Assembly (NCBI GenBank): GCA_964035545.1
Contig: CAXIUT010000183.1
Location: forward strand, 124,001-188,000
Length of the DNA: 64,000 bases
Reading direction: 5' to 3'
DNA from: Bugula neritina
Taxonomy: Eukaryota > Animalia > Bryozoa
The notes below the pieces were generated by a model. The model saw only the letters and a program-made list of their open reading frames with translations. It was not told where the DNA came from and did no database searches. A program made the translations under genes and the position numbers. Shown in pieces: positions 46,201 to 61,300 of the stretch (position 1 is the stretch's first letter; each line of letters opens with the position of its first letter).

Positions 46201-48330
46201 GTAACACACTGAAAAATACTGCAACATACTGAAATATACTGCGAGACATTGCAATATACTGCAACATACCAAAATATATGGTAAACTACTGAAATATACT
46301 TTAACACATTGAAAAATACTGCAACATACTGAAATATACTGTAACACACTGAAATATACTGCAACAAACTGAAATACACTGTAACATACTGAAATAAACT
46401 GCAACATACCAAAATATATGGTAAACTACTGAAATATACTTTAACACATTGAAAAATACTGCAACATACTAAAATATACTGTAACACACTGCAAGATACT
46501 GCAACATACCGAAATACACTGTAACATACTGAAACACACTGCAACATACTGCATTATACTGACATACACTGGAACATATTGAAATACACTGCAACATCCT
46601 ACAACATGCTGAAATACACTGTAACATATTGAAATACACTGCAACACAATGAAATATACTGCAACATACCAAAATATATGGTAAACTACTGAAATATACT
46701 TTAACACATTGAAAAATACTGCAATATACTGAAATATACTGTAACACACTGAAATATACTGCAACATACTGAAATACACTGTAACATACTGAAATAAACT
46801 GCAACATACTGAAATACACTGCAACATCCTACAACATGCTGAAATACACTGTAACATATTGAAATACACTGCAACACAATGAAATATACTGCAACATACC
46901 AAAATATATGGTAAACTACTGAAATATACTTTAACACATTGAAAAATACTGCAATATACTGAAATATACTGTAACACACTGAAATAAACTGCAACACACT
47001 GAAATACAGCGCAAAATACTACAACATACTGAAATACACTGTAACATATTGAAATACACTGCAACACTTTGAAATATACTGCAACATACCGAAATATATG
47101 GTAAACTACTAAAATATACTGTAACACTTTGAGAAATAGTGCAACACACTGAAATATACTCTGACACATTGCAATATACTGTAACATACTGAAATATGCT
47201 GTAGCACACTGAAATACATTGCAACTCACTGAAATATACTGCAACATACTGAAATACACTGTAACATATTGAAAAATACTGCAACATACTGCAACATACT
47301 GAAATACACTGTAACATACTGAAATACATTGCAAAATACTACAACATACTGAAATACACTGTAACACATTGGAATATACTACAACATACCTAAATATCCG
47401 GTAATATACTGAAATATACTGTAACACATTGAAAAATACTGCAACATACTGAAATACACTGCGACCCACTGAAATACATCGCAAAATACTACAACATACT
47501 GAAATGCACTGTAACATATTGAAATACACTGCAACACATTGAAATATACTGCAACCTACAGAAATAGGTGGTAAACTACTGAAATATACTGTAACACATT
47601 GAAAAATACTGCAACATACTGAAATGTACTGCAACATACTGAAATACACTGCTAGATACTGAAATGTACTGCAACATACTGCAACATTCTGAAATACACT
47701 GTAACATACTGAAATACACTGCAACAAACCACAACATATTGAAATACACTGCAACACATTGAAATAGACTGCAACCTACCTAAATATACGGTAATATACC
47801 GAAAAAAAAACTGTAACAGATTGAAAAATTCTGCAACATACTGAAATAAACTTCAACACACTGAAATACACCGCAAAATACTACAACATACTGAAATACA
47901 CTGTAACATATTGAAATACACTGCAACACTTTGAAATATACTGCAACATACCGAAATATATGGTAAACTACTAAAATATACTGTAACACTTTGAAAAATA
48001 GTGCAACATACTGAAATATACTGCGACACTTTGCAATGTACTGTAACATACTGAAATATGCTGTAGCACACTGAAATACACTGCAACTCACTGAAATATA
48101 CTGCAACATATTGAAATACACTGCAACATCCTACAACATGCTAAAATACACTGTAACATATTGAAATACACTACAACACATTGAAATATACTGCAACATA
48201 CCGGAATATATGGTAAACTACTGAAATATACTGTAACACACTGAAAAATACTGCAACATACTGAAATATACTGCGACACATTGCAATATACTGCAACATA
48301 CCAAAATATATGGTAAACTACTGAAATATA
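38366..48330 (+). repeat. Block duplication, offset 6,578 bp (~38366-41750 copied at ~44944-48330)
   Basis: A tracts at 38460/45038, 39192/45770 and 41224/47802; 438-aa pseudo-ORFs at 39863/46441. Confidence 0.88.
40970..44415 (+). repeat. Tandem duplication, period 1,652 bp (1,792 bp downstream of a 140-bp indel)
   Basis: A tracts at 41224/42876. ORF pairs 41202/42854 (1,652) and 41783/43575 (1,792). Junction cactgcaacc-tacagaaatagg at ~42621. Confidence 0.85.
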
Positions 48331-51300
48331 CTTTAACACATTGAAAAATACTGCAACATACTGAAATATACTGTAACACACTGAAATATACTGCAACAAA
48401 CTGAAATACACTGTAACATACTGAAATAAACTGCAACATACCAAAATATATGGTAAACTACTGAAATATACTTTAACACATTGAAAAATACTGCAACATA
48501 CTAAAATATACTGTAACACACTGCAAGATACTGCAACATACCGAAATACACTGTAACATACTGAAACACACTGCAACATACTGCATTATACCGACATACA
48601 CTGGAACATATTGAAATACACTGCAACATCCTACAACATGCTGAAATACACTGTAACATATTGAAATACACTGCAACACAATGAAATATACTGCAACATA
48701 CCAAAATATATGGTAAACTACAGAAATATACTTTAACACATTGAAAAATACTGCAATATACTGAAATATACTGTAACACACTGAAATATACTTCAACATA
48801 CTGAAATACACTGTAACATACTGAAATAAACTGCAACATACTGAAATACACTGCAACATCCTACAACATACTGAATTACACTGTAACATATTGAAATACA
48901 CTGCAACGCATTGAAAAATACTGCAACATACCGAAATATATGGTAAACTATTGAATTATACTGTAACACATTGAAAAATACTGAAACACACTGAAATTTA
49001 CTCTGACACAATGCAATATACTGTAACATACTGAAATATGCTGTAGCACACTGAAATACACTGCAACTCACTGAAATTTACTGCAACATACTGAAAAACA
49101 CTGTAACATATTGAAACATACTGCAACATACTACAACATATTGAAATACACTGCAACACATTGAAATATACTGCAACATACCTAAATATCCGGTAATATA
49201 CTGAAATATACTGTAACACATTGAAAAATATTGCAACATACTGAAATACACTGCAACCCACTGAAATACATCGCAAAAGACTACAACATACTGAAATATA
49301 CTGTAACACACTGAAATATACTGCAACATACTGAAATACACTGAAACATACTGAAATAAACTGCAATATACCAAAATATATGGTAAACTACTGAAATATA
49401 CTGTAACACACTGAAAAATACTGCAACATACTGAAATATACTGCGACACATTGCAATATACTGCAACATACCAAAATATATGGTAAACTACTGAAATATA
49501 CTTTAACACATTGAAAATTACTGCAACATACTGAAATATACTGTAACACACTGAAATATCCTGCAACAAACTGAAATACACTGTAACATATTGAAATAAA
49601 CTGCAACATACCAAAATATATGGTAAACTACTGAAATATACTTTAACACATTGAAAAATACTGCAACATACTAAAATATACCGTAACACACTGCAAGATA
49701 CTGCAACATACCGAAATACACTGTAACATACTGAAACACACTGCAACATACTGCATTATACTGACTAACACTGGAACATATTGAAATACACTGCAACATC
49801 CTACAACATGCTGAAATACACTGTAACATATTGAAATACACTGCAACACAATGAAATACACTGCAACATACCAAAATATATGGTCAACTACTGAAATATA
49901 CTTTAACACATTGAAAAATACTGCAACATACTGAAATATACTGTAACACACTGAAATATACTGCAACATACTGAAATACACTGTAACATACTGAAATAAA
50001 CTGTAACATACTGAAATACACTGCAACATCCTACAACATACTGAATTACACTGTAACATTGTGAAATACACTGCAACACATTGAAAAATACTGCAACATA
50101 CCGAAATATACGGTAAACTATTGAATTATACTGTAACACATTGAAAAATACTGAAACACACTGAAATATACTCTGACACAATGCAATATACTGTAACATA
50201 CTGAAATATGCTGTAGCACACTGAAATACACTGCAACTCACTGAAATATACTACAACATACTGAAAAACACTGTAACATATTGAAACATACTGCAACATA
50301 CTACAACATATTGAAATACACTGCAACACATTGAAATATACTGCAACATACCTAAATATCCGGTAATATACTTAAATATACTGTAACACATTGAGAAATA
50401 CTACAACATACTGAAATACACTGTAACATATTGAAATACACTGCAACACATTGAAATATACTGCAACCTATAGAAATATATGGTAAACTACTGAAATATA
50501 CTGTAACACATTGAAAAATACTGCAACATACTGAAACATACTGCGACACATTGCAATATACAGTAACATACTGAAACATGCTGTAGCACACTGAAATAGA
50601 CTGCAGCTCACTGAAATATACTGCAACATACTGAAATACACTGCTACATACTGAAATATACTGCAACATACTGCAACATACTGAAATACACTGTAACATA
50701 CTGAAATACACTGCAACAAACTACAACATATTGAAATACACTGCAACACATTGAAATATATTGCAACATACCTAAATATACGGTAATATACCGAAAAAAA
50801 AACTGTAACAGATTGAAAAATTCTGCAACATACTGAAATAAACTGCAACACACTGAAATACAGCGCAAAATACTACAACATACTGAAATACACTGTAACA
50901 TATTGAAATACACTGCAACACTTTGAAATATACTGCAACATACCGAAATATATGGTAAACTACTAAAATATACTGTAACACTTTGAGAAATAGTGCAACA
51001 CACTGAAATATACTCTGACACATTGCAATATACTGTAACATACTGAAATATGCTGTAGCACACTGAAATACATTGCAACTCACTGAAATATACTGCAACA
51101 TACTGAAATACACTGTAACATATTGAAAAATACTGCAACATACTGCAACATACTGAAATACACTGTAACATACTGAAATACATTGCAAAATACTACAACA
51201 TACTGAAATACACTGTAACACATTGGAATATACTACAACATACCTAAATATCCGGTAATATACTGAAATATACTGTAAAACATTGAAAAATACTGCAACA

Positions 51301-54300
51301 TACTGAAATACACTGCGACCCACTGAAATACATCGCAAAATACTACAACATACTGAAATGCACTGTAACATATTGAAATACACTGCAACACATTGAAATA
51401 TACTGCAACCTACAGAAATAGGTGGTAAACTACTGAAATATACTGTAACACATTGAAAAATACTGCAACATACTGAAATGTACTGCAACATACTGAAATA
51501 CACTGCTAGATACTGAAATGTACTGCAACATACTGCAACATTCTGAAATACACTGTAACATACTGAAATACACTGCAACAAACCACAACATATTGAAATA
51601 CACTGCAACACATTGAAATAGACTGCAACCTACCTAAATATACGGTAATATACCGAAAAAAAAACTGTAACAGATTGAAAAATTCTGCAACATACTGAAA
51701 TAAACTTCAACACACTGAAATACACCGCAAAATACTACAACATACTGAAATACACTGTAACATATTGAAATACACTGCAACACTTTGAAATATACTGCAA
51801 CATACCGAAATATATGGTAAACTACTAAAATATACTGTAACACTTTGAAAAATAGTGCAACATACTGAAATATACTGCGACACTTTGCAATGTACTGTAA
51901 CATACTGAAATATGCTGTAGCACACTGAAATACACTGCAACTCACTGAAATATACTGCAACATATTGAAATACACTGCAACATCCTACAACATGCTAAAA
52001 TACACTGTAACATATTGAAATACACTACAACACATTGAAATATACTGCAACATACCGGAATATATGGTAAACTACTGAAATATACTGTAACACACTGAAA
52101 AATACTGCAACATACTGAAATATACTGCGACACATTGCAATATACTGCAACATACCAAAATATATGGTAAACTACTGAAATATACTTTAACACATTGAAA
52201 AATACTGCAACATACTGAAATATACTGTAACACACTGAAATATACTGCAACAAACTGAAATACACTGTAACATACTGAAATAAACTGCAACATACCAAAA
52301 TATATGGTAAACTACTGAAATATACTTTAACACATTGAAAAATACTGCAACATACTAAAATATACTGTAACACACTGCAAGATACTGCAACATACCGAAA
52401 TACACTGTAACATACTGAAACACACTGCAACATACTGCATTATACCGACATACACTGGAACATATTGAAATACACTGCAACATCCTACAACATGCTGAAA
52501 TACACTGTAACATATTGAAATACACTGCAACACAATGAAATATACTGCAACATACCAAAATATATGGTAAACTACTGAAATATACTTTAACACATTGAAA
52601 AATACTGCAATATACTGAAATATACTGTAACACACTGAAATATACTTCAACATACTGAAATACACTGTAACATACTGAAATAAACTGCAACATACTGAAA
52701 TACACTGCAACATCCTACAACATACTGAATTACACTGTAACATATTGAAATAGACTGCAACACATTGAAAAATACTGCAACATACCGAAATATATGGTAA
52801 ACTATTGAATTATACTGTAACACATTGAAAAATACTGAAACACACTGAAGTTTACTCTGACACAATGCAATATACTGTAACATACTGAAATATGCTGTAG
52901 CACACTGAAATACACTGCAACTCACTGAAATATACTGCAACATACTGAAAAACACTGTAACATATTGAAACATACTGCAACATACTACAACATATTGAAA
53001 TACACTGCAACACATTGAAATATACTGCAACATACCTAAATATCCGGTAATATACTGAAATATACTGTAACACATTGAAAAATATTGCAACATACTGAAA
53101 TACACTGCAACCCACTGAAATACATCGCAAAAGACTACAACATACTGAAATATACTGTAACACACTGAAATATACTGCAACATACTGAAATACACTGAAA
53201 CATACTGAAATAAACTGCAATATACCAAAATATATGGTAAACTACTGAAATATACTGTAACACACTGAAAAATACTGCAACATACTGAAATATACTGCGA
53301 CACATTGCAATATACTGCAACATACCAAAATATATGGTAAACTACTGAAATATACTTTAACACATTGAAAATTACTGCAACATACTGAAATATACTGTAA
53401 CACACTGAAATATCCTGCAACAAACTGAAATACACTGTAACATATTGAAATAAACTGCAACATACCAAAATATATGGTAAACTACTGAAATATACTTTAA
53501 CACATTGAAAAATACTGCAACATACTAAAATATACCGTAACACACTGCAAGATACTGCAACATACCGAAATACACTGTAACATACTGAAACACACTGCAA
53601 CATACTGCATTATACTGACTAACACTGGAACATATTGAAATACACTGCAACATCCTACAACATGCTGAAATACACTGTAACATATTGAAATACACTGCAA
53701 CACAATGAAATACACTGCAACATACCAAAATATATGGTAAACTACTAAAATATACTTTAACACATTGAAAAATACTGCAACATACTGAAATATACTGTAA
53801 CACACTGAAATATACTGCAACATACTGAAATACACTGTAACATACTGAAATAAACTGTAACATACTGAAATACACTGCAACATCCTACAACATACTGAAT
53901 TACACTGTAACATTGTGAAATACACTGCAACACATTGAAAAATACTGCAACATACCGAAATATACGGTAAACTATTGAATTATACTGTAACACATTGAAA
54001 AATACTGAAACACACTGAAATATACTCTGACACAATGCAATATACTGTAACATACCGAAATATGCTGTAGCACACTGAAATACACTGCAACTCACTGAAA
54101 TATACTACAACATACTGAAAAACACTGTAACATATTGAAACATACTGCAACATACTACAACATATTGAAATACACTGCAACACATTGAAATATACTGCAA
54201 CATACCTAAATATCCGGTAATATACTTAAATATACTGTAACACATTGAGAAATACTACAACATACTGAAATACACTGTAACATATTGAAATACACTGCAA

Positions 54301-55360
54301 CACATTGAAATATACTGCAACCTATAGAAATATATGGTAAACTACTGAAATATACTGTAACACATTGAAAAATACTGCAACATACTGAAACATACTGCGA
54401 CACATTGCAATATACAGTAACATACTGAAACATGCTGTAGCACACTGAAATAGACTGCAGCTCACTGAAATATACTGCAACATACTGAAATACACTGCTA
54501 CATACTGAAATATACTGCAACATACTGCAACATACTGAAAAACACTGTAACATACTGAAATACACTGCAACAAACTACAACATATTGAAATACACTGCAA
54601 CACATTGAAATATATTGCAACATACCTAAATATACGGTAATATACCGAAAAAAAAACTGTAACAGATTGAAAAATTCTGCAACATACTGAAATAAACTGC
54701 AACACACTGAAATACAGCGCAAAATACTACAACATACTGAAATACACTGTAACATATTGAAATACACTGCAACACTTTGAAATATACTGCAACATACCGA
54801 AATATATGGTAAACTACTAAAATATACTGTAACACTTTGAGAAATAGTGCAACACACTGAAATATACTCTGACACATTGCAATATACTGTAACATACTGA
54901 AATATGCTGTAGCACACTGAAATACATTGCAACTCACTGAAATATACTGCAACATACTGAAATACACTGTAACATATTGAAAAATACTGCAACATACTGC
55001 AACATACTGAAATACACTGTAACATACTGAAATACATTGCAAAATACTACAACATACTGAAATACACTGTAACACATTGGAATATACTACAACATACCTA
55101 AATATCCGGTAATATACTGAAATATACTGTAAAACATTGAAAAATACTGCAACATACTGAAATACACTGCGACCCACTGAAATACATCGCAAAATACTAC
55201 AACATACTGAAATGCACTGTAACATATTGAAATACACTGCAACACATTGAAATATACTGCAACCTACAGAAATAGGTGGTAAACTACTGAAATATACTGT
55301 AACACATTGAAAAATACTGCAACATACTGAAATGTACTGCAACATACTGAAATACACTGT
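46978..55360 (+). repeat. About 2.2 tandem copies of the 3,854-bp higher-order repeat
   Basis: A tracts at 47802/51656 and 50794/54648. ORF pairs 47780/51634, 50352/54206 and 50772/54626. Shared rare variants cttaaatata and ttgagaaata at ~50371/54225. The same 3,854 period is seen at 12280/16134 and 18364/22218. Confidence 0.92.
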
Positions 55361-58300
55361 AACATATTGAAATACACTGCAACACATTGAAATATACTGC
55401 AACCTATAGAAATATATGGTAAGCTACTGAAATATACTGTAACACATTGAAAAATACTGCAACATACTGAAACATACTGCGACACATTGCAATATACAGT
55501 AACATACTGAAACATGCTGTAGCACACTGAAATAGACTGCAGCTCACTGAAATATACTGCAACATACTGAAATACACTGTAACATACTGAAATATACTGC
55601 AACATACTGCAACATACTGAAATACACTGCAACATACTGAAATACACTGCAACAAACTACAACATATTGAAATACACTGCAACACATTGAAATATACTGC
55701 AACGTACCTAAATATACGGTAATATACCGAAAAAAAAACTGTAACAGATTGAAAAATTCTGCAACATACTGAAATAAACTGCAACACACTGAAATACAGC
55801 GCAAAATACTACAACATACTGAAATACACTGTAACATATTGAAATACACTGCAACACTTTGAAATATACTGCAACATACCGAAATATATGGTAAACTACT
55901 AAAATATACTGTAACACTTTGAGAAATAGTGCAACACACTGAAATATACTCTGACACATTGCAATATACTGTAACATACTGAAATATGCTGTAGCACACT
56001 GAAATACATTGCAACTCACTGAAATATACTGCAACATACTGAAATACACTGTAACATATTGAAAAATACTGCAACATACTGCAACATACTGAAATACACT
56101 GTAACATACTGAAATACATTGCAACAAACTACAACATATTGAAATCCACTGCAACACATTGAAAGACACTGCAACACATTGAAATATACTGCAACATACC
56201 AAAATATATGGTAAACTGCTGAAATATACTTTAACACATTGAAAAACACTGCAACATACTGAAATATACTGTAACACACTGAAATATACTGCAACATACT
56301 GAAATACACTGCTAGATACTGAAATGTACTGCAACATACTGCAACATTCTGAAATACACTGTAACATACTGAAATACACTGCAACAAACCACAACATATT
56401 GAAATACACTGCAACACATTGAAATAGACTGCAACCTACCTAAATATACGGTAATATACCGAAAAAAAAACTGTAACAGATTGAAAAATTCTGCAACATA
56501 CTGAAATAAACTGCAACACACTGAAATACACCGCAAAATACTACAACATACTGAAATACACTGTAACATATTGAAATACACCGCAACACTTTGAAATATA
56601 CTGCAACATACCGAAATATATGGTAAACTACTAAAATATACTGTAACACTTTGAAAAATAGTGCAACATACTGAAATATACTGCGACACTTTGCAATGTA
56701 CTGTAACATACTGAAATATGCTGTAGCACACTGAAATACACTGCAACTCACTGAAATATACTGCAACATATTGAAATACACTGCAACATCCTACAACATG
56801 CTAAAATACACTGTAACATATTGAAATACACTACAACACATTGAAATATACTGCAACATACCGGAATATATGGTAAACTACTGAAATATACTGTAACACA
56901 CTGAAAAATACTGCAACATACTGAAATATACTGCGACACATTGCAATATACTGCAACATACCAAAATATATGGTAAACTACTGAAATATACTTTAACACA
57001 TTGAAAAATACTGCAACATACTGAAATATACTGTAACACACTGAAATATACTGCAACAAACTGAAATACACTGTAACATACTGAAATAAACTGCAACATA
57101 CCAAAATATATGGTAAACTACTGAAATATACTTTAACACATTGAAAAATACTGCAACATACTAAAATATACTGTAACACACTGCAAGATACTGCAACATA
57201 CCGAAATACACTGTAACATACTGAAACACACTGCAACATACTGCATTATACTGACATACACTGGAACATATTGAAATACACTGCAACATCCTACAACATG
57301 CTGAAATACACTGTAACATATTGAAATACACTGCAACACAATGAAATATACTGCAACATACCAAAATATATGGTAAACTACTGAAATATACTTTAACACA
57401 TTGAAAAATACTGCAATATACTGAAATATACTGTAACACACTGAAATATACTGCAACATACTGAAATACACTGTAACATACTGAAATAAACTGCAACATA
57501 CTGAAATACACTGCAACATCCTACAACATGCTGAAATACACTGTAACATATTGAAATACACTGCAACACAATGAAATATACTGCAACATACCAAAATATA
57601 TGGTAAACTACTGAAATATACTTTAACACATTGAAAAATACTGCAATATACTGAAATATACTGTAACACACTGAAATAAACTGCAACACACTGAAATACA
57701 GCGCAAAATACTACAACATACTGAAATACACTGTAACATATTGAAATACACTGCAACACTTTGAAATATACTGCAACATACCGAAATATATGGTAAACTA
57801 CTAAAATATGCTGTAACACTTTGAGAAATAGTGCAACACACTGAAATATACTCTGACACATTGCAATATACTGTAACATACTGAAATATGCTGTAGCACA
57901 CTGAAATACATTGCAACTCACTGAAATATACTGCAACATACTGAAATACACTGTAACATATTGAAAAATACTGCAACATACTGCAACATACTGAAATACA
58001 CTGTAACATACTGAAATACATTGCAAAATACTACAACATACTGAAATACACTGTAACACATTGGAATATACTACAACATACCTAAATATCCGGTAATATA
58101 CTGAAATATACTGTAACACATTGAAAAATACTGCAACATACTGAAATACACTGCGACCCACTGAAATACATCGCAAAATACTACAACATACTGAAATGCA
58201 CTGTAACATATTGAAATACACTGCAACACATTGAAATATACTGCAACCTACAGAAATAGGTGGTAAACTACTGAAATATACTGTAACACATTGAAAAATA

Positions 58301-61300
58301 CTGCAACATACTGAAATGTACTGCAACATACTGAAATACACTGCTAGATACTGAAATGTACTGCAACATACTGCAACATTCTGAAATACACTGTAACATA
58401 CTGAAATACACTGCAACAAACCACAACATATTGAAATACACTGCAACACATTGAAATAGACTGCAACCTACCTAAATATACGGTAATATACCGAAAAAAA
58501 AACTGTAACAGATTGAAAAATTCTGCAACATACTGAAATAAACTTCAACACACTGAAATACACCGCAAAATACTACAACATACTGAAATACACTGTAACA
58601 TATTGAAATACACTGCAACACTTTGAAATATACTGCGACATACCGAAATATATGGTAAACTACTAAAATATACTGTAACACTTTGAAAAATAGTGCAACA
58701 TACTGAAATATACTGCGACACTTTGCAATGTACTGTAACATACTGAAATATGCTGTAGCACACTGAAATACACTGCAACTCACTGAAATATACTGCAACA
58801 TATTGAAATACACTGCAACATCCTACAACATGCTAAAATACACTGTAACATATTGAAATACACTACAACACATTGAAATATACTGCAACATACCGGAATA
58901 TATGGTAAACTACTGAAATATACTGTAACACACTGAAAAATACTGCAACATACTGAAATATACTGCGACACATTGCAATATACTGCAACATACCAAAATA
59001 TATGGTAAACTACTGAAATATACTTTAACACATTGAAAAATACTGCAACATACTAAAATATACTGTAACACACTGCAAGATACTGCAACATACCGAAATA
59101 CACTGTAACATACTGAAACACACTGCAACATACTGCATTATACCGACATACACTGGAACATATTGAAATACACTGCAACATCCTACAACATGCTGAAATA
59201 CACTGTAACATATTGAAATACACTGCAACACAATGAAATATACTGCAACATACCAAAATACATGGTAAACTACTGAAATATACTTTAACACATTGAAAAA
59301 TACTGCAATATACTGAAATATACTGTAACACACTGAAATATACTTCAACATACTGAAATACACTGTAACATACTGAAATAAACTGCAACATACTGAAATA
59401 CACTGCAACATCCTACAACATACTGAATTACACTGTAACATATTGAAATACACTGCAACACATTGAAAAATACTGCAACATACCGAAATATATGGTAAAC
59501 TATTGAATTATACTGTAACACATTGAAAAATACTGAAACACACTGAAATTTACTCTGACACAATGCAATATACTGTAACATACTGAAATATGCTGTAGCA
59601 CACTGAAATACACTGCAACTCACTGAAATATACTGCAACATACTGAAAAACACTGTAACATATTGAAACATACTGCAACATACTACAACATATTGAAATA
59701 CACTGCAACACATTGAAATATACTGCAACATACCTAAATATCCGGTAATATACTGAAATATACTGTAACACATTGAAAAATATTGCAACATACTGAAATA
59801 CACTGCAACCCACTGAAATACATCGCAAAAGACTACAACATACTGAAATATACTGTAACACACTGAAATATACTGCAACATACTGAAATACACTGAAACA
59901 TACTGAAATAAACTGCAATATACCAAAATATATGGTAAACTACTGAAATATACTGTAACACACTGAAAAATACTGCAACATACTGAAATATACTGCGACA
60001 CATTGCAATATACTGCAACATACCAAAATATATGGTAAACTACTGAAATATACTTTAACACATTGAAAATTACTGCAACATACTGAAATATACTGTAACA
60101 CACTGAAATATCCTGCAACAAACTGAAATACACTGTAACATATTGAAATAAACTGCAACATACCAAAATATATGGTAAACTACTGAAATATACTTTAACA
60201 CATTGAAAAATACTGCAACATACTAAAATATACCGTAACACACTGCAAGATACTGCAACATACCGAAATACACTGTAACATACTGAAACACACTGCAACA
60301 TACTGCATTATACTGACTAACACTGGAACATATTGAAATACACTGCAACATCCTACAACATGCTGAAATACACTGTAACATATTGAAATGCACTGCAACA
60401 CAATGAAATGCACTGCAACATACCAAAATATATGGTAAACTACTGAAATATACTTTAACACATTGAAAAATACTGCAACATACTGAAATATACTGTAACA
60501 CACTGAAATATACTGCAACATACTGAAATACACTGTAACATACTGAAATAAACTGTAACATACTGAAATACACTGCAACATCCTACAACATACTGAATTA
60601 CACTGTAACATTGTGAAATACACTGCAACACATTGAAAAATACTGCAACATACCGAAATATACGGTAAACTATTGAATTATACTGTAACACATTGAAAAA
60701 TACTGAAACACACTGAAATATACTCTGACACAATGCAATATACTGTAACATACTGAAATATGCTGTAGCACACTGAAATACACTGCAACTCACTGAAATA
60801 TACTACAACATACTGAAAAACACTGTAACATATTGAAACATACTGCAACATACTACAACATATTGAAATACACTGCAACACATTGAAATATACTGCAACA
60901 TACCTAAATATCCGGTAATATACTGAAATATACTGTAAAACATTGAGAAATACTACAACATACTGAAATACACTGTAACATATTGAAATACACTGCAACA
61001 CATTGAAATATACTGCAACCTATAGAAATATATGGTAAACTACTGAAATATACTGTAACACATTGAAAAATACTGCAACATACTGAAACATACTGCGACA
61101 CATTGCAATATACAGTAACATACTGAAACATGCTGTAGCACACTGAAATAGACTGCAGCTCACTGAAATATACTGCAACATACTGAAATACACTGCTACA
61201 TACTGAAATATACTGCAACATACTGCAACATACTGAAATACACTGTAACATACTGAAATACACTGCAACAAACTACAACATATTGAAATACACTGCAACA

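Larger units (their letters stand above)
38076..59895 (+). repeat. Long-range block duplication, offset 17,270 bp (~38076-42625 copied at ~55346-59895)
   Basis: A tracts at 38460/55730, 39192/56462 and 41224/58494. Shared private SNPs aacgtaccta (38431/55701), tactgcgacataccg (41361/58631) and catggtaaac (41991/59261), plus the same 140-bp deletion. Confidence 0.92.
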
